From an uncultured Alphaproteobacteria bacterium (GTDB lineage Bacteria > Pseudomonadota > Alphaproteobacteria > Micavibrionales > Micavibrionaceae), in contig CALHAR010000006.1 of the NCBI GenBank assembly GCA_937931645.1, forward strand, positions 6,585 through 70,584: a DNA stretch of 64,000 nucleotides, in the 5' to 3' direction. Shown here in pieces: positions 17,841 through 25,144 of this stretch. How positions within the stretch are numbered: the stretch's first letter is position 1; every line of letters begins with the position of its first letter. The notes under the pieces are model-generated. The model did not search any database. It saw only the letters and a program-made list of their open reading frames with translations, and was not told the origin of the DNA. The translations under genes were made by a program, and so were the position numbers.

Positions 17841-18485
17841 ATGGGGAATATAAAATTTAAAACCGATAGTGCCACTGACTTCATCAACAAAGCTCTTGAT
17901 GATTTTCTACGCGATAAAAAATTACAACTTACCGACCAACAATATGAGAAGTTAAAAAAACTTCTGATGGTACGGCTGTTGGAAGATGAAATGAGTTACG
18001 CCAGCGCTTATAACCAACTAACTGACATTATGGAGTATCGTAAAGATTACGAAATTAATGCTAATGCGCTTGATGAAGCCGAAGAGGAAATGATCCGTAT
18101 CATTGGCGCGGCTGACGTAAAACAAGTTGAGGTTATTGTTGAAACAACCAAATATAAAAAACGCTTTATGGCCTGCACCGCCCTTTTGGCTTTACTTTGT
18201 ATTGGATTAGTGGGCATACAGGCCAGTAATTATTTTAAAAATAAAAATGCCGCTATGACGGCAATTATCACCACGGCCGAAGAACAAAATTTAAAAGCAC
18301 TCGTGCAGCAAATTGTCGCGTTCGAAACAGAGCGTGGGAACGAGGTAACGCATAACGCTATTTATAATGATATTAAAAAGCTAGAGAGCGTTCAAACACT
18401 AGGCACCGCCACCAGTTACAAAAAATTCAACCGCGCACAATATGAAGCCGCTGTTAAGTATTTGAATGGGCGGGTAAAGAATTAA
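17841..18485 (+). CDS. hypothetical single-pass membrane protein
   Basis: I prefer the ATG at 17841 because the track TTG at 17805 coincides with the -35 box. There is a central TM helix (FMACTALLALLCIGLVGI). The C-terminal segment (...IYNDIKKLESV..TSYKKFNRAQYEAAVKYL) is reminiscent of phage ORF6C-type domains. Confidence 0.45.
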   Translation: MGNIKFKTDSATDFINKALDDFLRDKKLQLTDQQYEKLKKLLMVRLLEDEMSYASAYNQLTDIMEYRKDYEINANALDEAEEEMIRIIGAADVKQVEVIVETTKYKKRFMACTALLALLCIGLVGIQASNYFKNKNAAMTAIITTAEEQNLKALVQQIVAFETERGNEVTHNAIYNDIKKLESVQTLGTATSYKKFNRAQYEAAVKYLNGRVKN

Positions 18486-18533
18486 CCACTAAGGCACCAA
18501 GAACACTAAGGGTCTTAATGGTTTAAAAAAAAT

Positions 18534-20609
18534 TTAAAAACCTAATTCAAGTGACTCTAACTTCTTAATCTCATCACGGATTTTGGCGGCTTGTTCGAAT
18601 TCTAAATTTCCCGCGGCTTCGCGCATATCGGTGCGGAGCTTTTCTATATGTTTGGCGAGCTTAGCAGGACTGGCCTCCAGCGCGTCTTGGCTTTGGTCAG
18701 AAAGGCTGGCGACGGTGCGGCGGGTATCCATCTCTATATCGCGGGCTTTCATCCCCTCCATAACATCACCAATTTTTTTCTTCACGCTTTCGGGGGTGAT
18801 GCCGTGTTTTTTATTATGCGCGACTTGTTTTTCACGGCGGCGGGTTGTTTCTTCAATCGCATATTCCATGGAGCCTGTCATTTTATCTGCGTAGAGAATC
18901 ACCCGCCCATCAACATTACGCGCGGCACGTCCAATGGTTTGCACCAAGGAAGTTTTAGAACGTAAGAAGCCTTCCTTATCCGCATCTAATATCGCCATCA
19001 ACATACATTCAGGAATATCTAATCCCTCACGCAATAAGTTAATCCCTACCAGCACATCAAAAACGCCAAGGCGTAAATCACGGATAATTTCAATCCGTTC
19101 CAACGTATCAATATCTGAATGCAGGTAACGACAAGAGATTCCATTTTCATTGAGGTAGTCTGTTAAAGCCTCTGCCATTTTTTTGGTTAAGGTTGTCACC
19201 ATGACGCGCCCGCCTTGTGCCTTTACCTTATGGCACTCGCTCATTAAATCATCAACTTGGTGTTCTGTCGGACGAATTTCAACGGGTGGGTCAATCAAAC
19301 CTGTTGGGCGAACGACTTGTTCGACAAAGTCACCGCTAGTTTGTTCCAGCTCCCACGGGGCGGGTGTGGCGGAAACGTAAATTGTTTGCGGGCGCAAGCT
19401 GTTCCATTCTTCAAATTGAAGTGGGCGGTTATCCAGCGCGGCAGGCACGCGAAAGCCATGCTCAACCAATGTTTCTTTACGTGACCTGTCACCCTTATAC
19501 ATCGCGCCGACTTGTGGCACCATGACATGACTTTCATCCAAAAACATGATGGCATCTTTGGGTAAATATTCAATCAAGGTTGGCGGGGCTTCGCCTGGCG
19601 CGCGCCCTGTTAAATAACGCGAGTAATTTTCAATCCCTTGGCACATACCTGTGGCTTCCAACATTTCAATATCAAATTGCGTACGTTGGTCAAGGCGTTG
19701 CGCCTCCAGCAACTTTCCCGTGCTTTCGAAAAAAGCCAAACGCTCTTTTAAATCGACTTTAATTTGCTTAACAGCTTGCGAGATTGTCGGCCCTGGCGTG
19801 ATGTAGTGGGAGTTGGCGTAAATACGTACCGCGTCTAGTTTTTGAAACTTCTCCCCCGTCAGCGCATCAAATTCTGTAATCTCTTCAATTTCATCCCCGA
19901 AGAACGAAAATCGCCATGCTCTATCATCCATATGCGAGGGAAATAATTCCACCGTATCACCACGTACGCGGATATTCCCACGCTCAAACGCCAAATCATT
20001 ACGTTTATATTGCAACGCGATCAGCTTGGTAATCAGCGCTTGCCTGTCCATCTCCATCCCCTTAGTGACGTCAAAGGTCATCGCGATATAATCTTCTTTC
20101 GAGCCAATACCATAGATAGAAGAAATGGAAGCGACAATGATGCAGTCTTTACGCTCAAACAATGCCCGCGTTGCGGCGTGGCGCATACGGTCAATTTGTT
20201 CATTGATAGAGCTATCTTTTTCAATAAAGGTATCGGTGCGCGGGACGTAAGCCTCAGGTTGATAATAATCATAGTAAGACACAAAATATTCCACCGCATT
20301 ATCAGGGAAGAAATTTTTAAACTCTTCATACAACTGCGCCGCCAGAATTTTATTGGGTGCCATGATGATGGCAGGACGCTGAAGCGCTTGTATCACATGC
20401 GCCATGGTAAAGGTCTTACCAGAGCCTGTCACACCAAGAAGTACCTGATCGCTCAGTCCCTCTTTCAACCCTTCGGTTAATTTTTCAATGGCTTTTGGTT
20501 GATCGCCCGCAGGTTCAAAATCAGACGCAATTTTAAACGGCATGGAGTTATCTATTCCCTGCGTCTGCATCGCGCTCGCCGCCTGATTTAACTCAACAAC
20601 ACCTTTCAT
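18534..20609 (-). CDS. uvrB: excinuclease ABC subunit B
   Basis: 691 aa with the Walker A motif [10 protein letters not shown], helicase motifs and a C-terminal UVR domain ([16 protein letters not shown]). Confidence 0.97.
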   Translation of the reverse strand: MKGVVELNQAASAMQTQGIDNSMPFKIASDFEPAGDQPKAIEKLTEGLKEGLSDQVLLGVTGSGKTFTMAHVIQALQRPAIIMAPNKILAAQLYEEFKNFFPDNAVEYFVSYYDYYQPEAYVPRTDTFIEKDSSINEQIDRMRHAATRALFERKDCIIVASISSIYGIGSKEDYIAMTFDVTKGMEMDRQALITKLIALQYKRNDLAFERGNIRVRGDTVELFPSHMDDRAWRFSFFGDEIEEITEFDALTGEKFQKLDAVRIYANSHYITPGPTISQAVKQIKVDLKERLAFFESTGKLLEAQRLDQRTQFDIEMLEATGMCQGIENYSRYLTGRAPGEAPPTLIEYLPKDAIMFLDESHVMVPQVGAMYKGDRSRKETLVEHGFRVPAALDNRPLQFEEWNSLRPQTIYVSATPAPWELEQTSGDFVEQVVRPTGLIDPPVEIRPTEHQVDDLMSECHKVKAQGGRVMVTTLTKKMAEALTDYLNENGISCRYLHSDIDTLERIEIIRDLRLGVFDVLVGINLLREGLDIPECMLMAILDADKEGFLRSKTSLVQTIGRAARNVDGRVILYADKMTGSMEYAIEETTRRREKQVAHNKKHGITPESVKKKIGDVMEGMKARDIEMDTRRTVASLSDQSQDALEASPAKLAKHIEKLRTDMREAAGNLEFEQAAKIRDEIKKLESLELGF

Positions 20610-21335
20610 TTATAAGAACCCATAGCTTTTAAGAGTTTTCTTTTCTTCTTCTTTTAAATTTTTAAAGCCAAGCGTTTCACCAACAAATAACAGATAGTTA
20701 TTGATATAACGTTTTTGCTGATCTTTAGGTTGTGAACGTACAAACTCGCCAAAACCCTCAAGATAATCTTGTGACAAGGTGCCTTCTATAACCATTTTAT
20801 CTGTTAGACTGTTATAATAAGCCACTCCATCATAAATTTTATACCCCTGCCCTTGCATTAAGATCTTGGCTTTTATTTCTTGGAATAAATCGACCCAAGG
20901 GCGGTCTTTTAGGAAAGGATTGTTTTTTATAGGTTCATCTTTTGGCAAATTATAAAAACGACGGATAAAAATTTCTGCTAATTCTTGTCGATTATTCTCT
21001 GCTATCTCTTTAGAGGTTAAACCAATCCAAAGGAACATAATATCAGCTACCAACGCATCAATTTGCGTAGAATTCACAAAGATATAAGCCTCATCATAAG
21101 ATAAAATTTCTGTCACCTTGCGACGAATATCAGCATTTTCGTTCATTGCGCTATCTAACGCGATTAAACCACCCATAGCAGGGATAGTTAATATCATTTC
21201 TTCCCGTGCAGAATTTTTTATTGGTGATGAAAAGAAAGAATAAGCAATCGCAATTAAAACGATTCCTGCGACGACACTAAGAATAATTTTCTTATTTTTT
21301 TGAAAAAAAATATTTATACTTTTAACTTCTATCAT
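20610..21335 (-). CDS. hypothetical membrane-anchored protein, translationally coupled between lysS and uvrB
   Basis: One N-terminal TM helix (ILSVVAGIVLIAIAYSFF). Its ATG overlaps the lysS stop (ATGA), and its TAA is followed directly by the uvrB ATG. Confidence 0.6.
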   Translation of the reverse strand: MIEVKSINIFFQKNKKIILSVVAGIVLIAIAYSFFSSPIKNSAREEMILTIPAMGGLIALDSAMNENADIRRKVTEILSYDEAYIFVNSTQIDALVADIMFLWIGLTSKEIAENNRQELAEIFIRRFYNLPKDEPIKNNPFLKDRPWVDLFQEIKAKILMQGQGYKIYDGVAYYNSLTDKMVIEGTLSQDYLEGFGEFVRSQPKDQQKRYINNYLLFVGETLGFKNLKEEEKKTLKSYGFL

Positions 21336-23344
21336 TTATAAAGCGATAGTTTACCTGTTAATTCAGATAACACGCCTCTATTACCAAACATGCAGAGCCC
21401 CAGATAATTTAAGCTATCTGTTGACTGTTTAGCTGTTGCTTCTAACTGTGCTTTCGTGGTTCCAACTGTCATCGTATCTGTAAAATCAGAAAATGGAATA
21501 CCTTTCTCAATCGCTTGTACACGAATATCTTTAATCTTATTCGAATTTTTTGCCTTGAGAACAATCACGGGATAATGTGAAATAGATGGATGAATATTAC
21601 CATCAGCATCTTTGTAATCAACGAAACAAAAATCTTCTTCTTGCGCTGACTTGCCAACTAACCCCGCCATTGTATGTCCTAATGCATTCATCAAACGACC
21701 CATGCTCTCTTCCTTTGCATTAACAATCATCACAAAACGTTTGGCATTTTCATCTAAATTTTCATGTGATTGACTTTCTGTGACAGAAACCGTATCAACC
21801 GCTTTGGGTTTTGACAGCGAACCTTGTTCACTTTTTTTAGGTTTCAACGTCGGAAAACAAATAACATCACGAATATTAGATGAGTTCGTAAGCAACATCA
21901 CAAGGCGGTCAATACCCATACCCCACCCACCTGTTGGCGGCAAGCCAACTTCAAGAGCGGTCACGTAATCATCATCTTTCATTTGTGCTTCTTCATCACC
22001 AGCTTCACCTTGTTTAACTTGTTCATCAAAACGTAGCCCTTGTATCTTAGGATCGTTCAACTCACTAAACGCATTGGCAATTTCCCACCCGTTAATATAA
22101 GTTTCAAAACGTTCTACAAGACGAGGATTATCACGGTGCACTTTAGCCAATGGAGAAATATCCATTGGTAAATCCATCACATGCGTTGGTTGGATCATTT
22201 TTTCTTCACAACGTTCATCAAACACTTCGGCGACGACCTGCCCCCAATTACTATTGTCAGGAACATGAACGCCTTTTGTTTTCGCCAAGTCAATCGCATC
22301 TTGCGCACTTTCAACCGCCATGAAATCAAGTCCTGTATGTTCTTTAATCAGCTCACACATGGTGGCGCGCTTCCAAGGTTTACCAAAATCAATCTCTGTT
22401 TTATCAAAGGTTATTTTGGTTGTACCATGCAGTTTTTCAACAACATTACGAACCAAGTCCTCAACCATATCCATGATGTCAAAGTAATCTTTATAAGCAT
22501 GATACCCTTCAATTGATGTAAATTCAGGGTTATGCTTCATAGAAATACCTTCATTTCTAAAGCAACGACCAATTTCATAGACACTATCGGCTAAACCACC
22601 AACGATAAGGCGTTTTAACGCCAATTCAGGCGCAACACGCAAGTAAAAATCACTATCTAAAGCGTTATGATGTGTAATGAAAGGTTTCGCCGAGGCGCCC
22701 CCCATGATGGCTTGTAAGTTTGGAGTCTCAACCTCAATCGCGCCTAAATCTTCCATATAATCGCGAATTGAACGAATAATTTTTGAACGGGCGCGTAATG
22801 TCTCACGGCTTTCCTCATTCACGACCAAATCTAAATAACGTTGACGGTAACGTGTTTCAACATCAGCAAGCCCTGCATGTTTATCAGGCAATGGCATTAA
22901 TGATTTTGTTAGCATCAAAGTTGAGGTGCAACGTACCGAAAGCTCACCACGTGGGGTGCGGCGCATTGTTCCTTCTGCACCAATAATATCACCAATATCA
23001 TACAGTTTAAGCAGTGCGAGTGCTTCTTCATCCATGGATTGCTTATGGCAGAAAATCTGCACTTTGCCAGAGGCATCCATAAGATCAATGAACATACCGT
23101 TATTACGATTGGCCATGATACGCCCTGCAACGCGCACCACATCTTCAGTTTCTTCACCATTTTCTAAACCATCATATTTGGTTTGAATCTCTGCGGCCTG
23201 ATGCGTACGGTCAAATTTAGGCGGGTACGGATTAACCCCCATTTCCAATAATTGCTGCAGCTTATGTTCTTTGGCCTGACGTGGGTCGGTTAGGTCAGTA
23301 CTATCTGTGCTTTTTTCTTGTGTCATGGCTTTGTTAACTATCAT
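21332..23344 (-). CDS. lysS: class II lysyl-tRNA synthetase with a C-terminal extension of about 166 aa (DUF2000-like)
   Basis: The core (about 504 aa) has the OB anticodon-binding region and class II motifs (FRNEG, GGWGMGIDRLVML, ICFPTLKPKK). The tail is KRFVMIVNAK...GRLMNALGHTMAGL...YPVIVLKAK...YLGLCMFGNRGVLSELTGKLSLYK. Confidence 0.93.
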   Translation of the reverse strand: MIVNKAMTQEKSTDSTDLTDPRQAKEHKLQQLLEMGVNPYPPKFDRTHQAAEIQTKYDGLENGEETEDVVRVAGRIMANRNNGMFIDLMDASGKVQIFCHKQSMDEEALALLKLYDIGDIIGAEGTMRRTPRGELSVRCTSTLMLTKSLMPLPDKHAGLADVETRYRQRYLDLVVNEESRETLRARSKIIRSIRDYMEDLGAIEVETPNLQAIMGGASAKPFITHHNALDSDFYLRVAPELALKRLIVGGLADSVYEIGRCFRNEGISMKHNPEFTSIEGYHAYKDYFDIMDMVEDLVRNVVEKLHGTTKITFDKTEIDFGKPWKRATMCELIKEHTGLDFMAVESAQDAIDLAKTKGVHVPDNSNWGQVVAEVFDERCEEKMIQPTHVMDLPMDISPLAKVHRDNPRLVERFETYINGWEIANAFSELNDPKIQGLRFDEQVKQGEAGDEEAQMKDDDYVTALEVGLPPTGGWGMGIDRLVMLLTNSSNIRDVICFPTLKPKKSEQGSLSKPKAVDTVSVTESQSHENLDENAKRFVMIVNAKEESMGRLMNALGHTMAGLVGKSAQEEDFCFVDYKDADGNIHPSISHYPVIVLKAKNSNKIKDIRVQAIEKGIPFSDFTDTMTVGTTKAQLEATAKQSTDSLNYLGLCMFGNRGVLSELTGKLSLYK

Positions 23345-23372
23345 TTCGCTGTTTTTGTGGTAAAATTAAACT

Positions 23373-24119
23373 ATGTTAAGAAATACGCAATTCTCTATGA
23401 AAAAACAAGGTATTAATCCCTCTCTAGAGCGACAAAAAGGCTCTGCTATTGTCTGGATTTTACTTATGATTGCGCTTTTTGCTGCCCTTAATTATGCCGT
23501 TAGCCAGGGATCACGCACCAATGGAGATAAAATCTCAAGAGAAAACGCCAAACTAGCCGCCAATGACATACTCAATTATGGACGCACCATTAGAGAAGCA
23601 GTACAAACCCTTCAAATCAATGGATGCGATGATACTGAAATTAGTTTCGACCAAGTCGCTGTTACAGGATATTTAAATTCTAACGCACCACCTGATAATT
23701 CTTGCCATGTTTTTCACCCCAATGGTGGTGGCGTGCGCTTACAAGAAATAGAAGATTCTATCCAAACCATAGTTAGCGGAAACGAATATCCTAGATTTTT
23801 AGGAAGTACCACTTTTACAAATGCAGGAAGCACAGACGCAGAGCTTTACTTGCATGTCAGGTCACGATCGCAACAAGCATGCACTATATATAATGATAAG
23901 GTTGGCATCACAAATATTAGTGATGACGCACCAACAGAAAATGGTGCTGAAACAACACCACTATTCGTTGGCGCCTATTCATCAGGAGATGTTTTTGGTG
24001 ATGATGGTGGCGGTGCTAGCTTTTCAAACTTTCAAACAGGGTGCTATAAAGATGCTAATGAGACAGATACCGACGGCACAGCCTTTTATGATTTCTATCA
24101 AATTTTAATTGCCAGATAA
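23373..24119 (+). CDS. minor-pilin-like (PilX/GspK-type N-terminus) secreted protein, paralogue 1
   Basis: Short basic leader, then QKG-SAIVWILLMIALFAALNYAV. There are four Cys in conserved contexts. The likely functional start is MKKQG at 23397. Confidence 0.55.
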   Translation: MLRNTQFSMKKQGINPSLERQKGSAIVWILLMIALFAALNYAVSQGSRTNGDKISRENAKLAANDILNYGRTIREAVQTLQINGCDDTEISFDQVAVTGYLNSNAPPDNSCHVFHPNGGGVRLQEIEDSIQTIVSGNEYPRFLGSTTFTNAGSTDAELYLHVRSRSQQACTIYNDKVGITNISDDAPTENGAETTPLFVGAYSSGDVFGDDGGGASFSNFQTGCYKDANETDTDGTAFYDFYQILIAR

Positions 24120-24134
24120 CGTAACGGGATAAAA

Positions 24135-24854
24135 ATGAAAAATAACTTATACCAAAAAGGAAATGCACTTTGGTTTATCCTTGTGGCTATTGGCTTGTTA
24201 GGCTTGCTCACTATTATGTTATCAAAGTCATCATCGACCAGTAACGAAACGGGTGGCTTCGAACAAAACTCTATCCAGGCCAATGCTATCCTAAGTTACG
24301 CCAAAGGCATAGAAAATGCCGTACAAGGCTTACTGACACGTGGTTGTGGAGAAAATGATATTTCTTTTTGGCATGATAGTGACGGCAATGGCACCGAAGA
24401 TGCGAGCGATGATTATTTTAACGTTAGATCAACCCTTACTGATCGTTCCTGCCATATCTTTGATGTTGCAGGCGCGGGAATGACACTTATCCCTGCCAAT
24501 GAAAGATGGTTGGATAACAGCCAAGATAGTGAGGTTAACTTTGGGAGCTTCGTGTTTTCAAGCACCAATACCATTGTTAACCTTGAAACAAATAGAGATG
24601 AGCTTGTTGTTCTTTTAAATTGGATTGATCTGGGAACCTGCCAAGCCCTGAACAATATTCTCTTTTCAGAGGCCACGATTACAGAAGATCCAGACAGCTT
24701 TAGTCACACGCCAAACGCAACGGGTAATTTTGACACCGTATCCGAAAACATTGATTTATCAAGTTTTGCGTTACATGATGGAGAAAGTTCAGGGTGTTTT
24801 TCTTCAGAAGATGAAGGTGGATTTCACTTCTACCACGTTTTGCACGAGCGTTAA
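24135..24854 (+). CDS. minor-pilin-like (PilX/GspK-type N-terminus) secreted protein, paralogue 2
   Basis: Starts MKNNLYQKG-NALWFILVAIGLLGLLTIML. It shares the GC..(D/E)ISF, SCH(V/I)F, internal C and GC motifs with paralogue 1, plus the aromatic C-terminus F(Y/H)xxYxxLxxR. Confidence 0.55.
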   Translation: MKNNLYQKGNALWFILVAIGLLGLLTIMLSKSSSTSNETGGFEQNSIQANAILSYAKGIENAVQGLLTRGCGENDISFWHDSDGNGTEDASDDYFNVRSTLTDRSCHIFDVAGAGMTLIPANERWLDNSQDSEVNFGSFVFSSTNTIVNLETNRDELVVLLNWIDLGTCQALNNILFSEATITEDPDSFSHTPNATGNFDTVSENIDLSSFALHDGESSGCFSSEDEGGFHFYHVLHER

Positions 24855-24857
24855 AAC

Positions 24858-25082
24858 TTACGATTTTTTTGCGAGATCATGAATCTCAACAGGTGTTTCT
24901 TTCACCGTATCAGGGAAGCCAAAACCTTCCATACCCTTATCTTTTTGTACATAGAATAACCGTGTATAAGGGTCTTTAATCACGGAGCTTTCATCAGGAT
25001 ATTTACGGACAGCCGCATTCAGCTTGTCTAAGTTAACAAGAATCTCTTCATTATCTATATCATGGAGAATTACAAGGTTCAT
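24858..25082 (-). CDS. small hypothetical protein (74 aa)
   Basis: I prefer the ATG at 25082, because the longer TTG-initiated form would abut the helicase start. No motif recognised. Confidence 0.35.
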   Translation of the reverse strand: MNLVILHDIDNEEILVNLDKLNAAVRKYPDESSVIKDPYTRLFYVQKDKGMEGFGFPDTVKETPVEIHDLAKKS

Positions 25083-25110
25083 AACAGTAATATTCCATGA
25101 TTCAGCTCTA

Positions 25111-25138
25111 TTGTATAGGGGTATGAGTATGATAAGTT
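25111..25138 (+). promoter_or_regulatory. candidate promoter abutting the helicase ATG
   Basis: TTGTAT (25111-25116), a 16-nt spacer, TGa-TAAGTT (25130-25138), then 6 nt to the ATG at 25145. Confidence 0.4.
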
Positions 25139-25144
25139 TCAACT

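Noticed and set aside
25083-25142. Longer 94-aa version of the small ORF 24858-25142
   Set aside because: It would need a TTG start 3 nt from the divergent helicase ATG, which leaves no promoter space. The ATG at 25082 is preferred, and even that ORF is low confidence.
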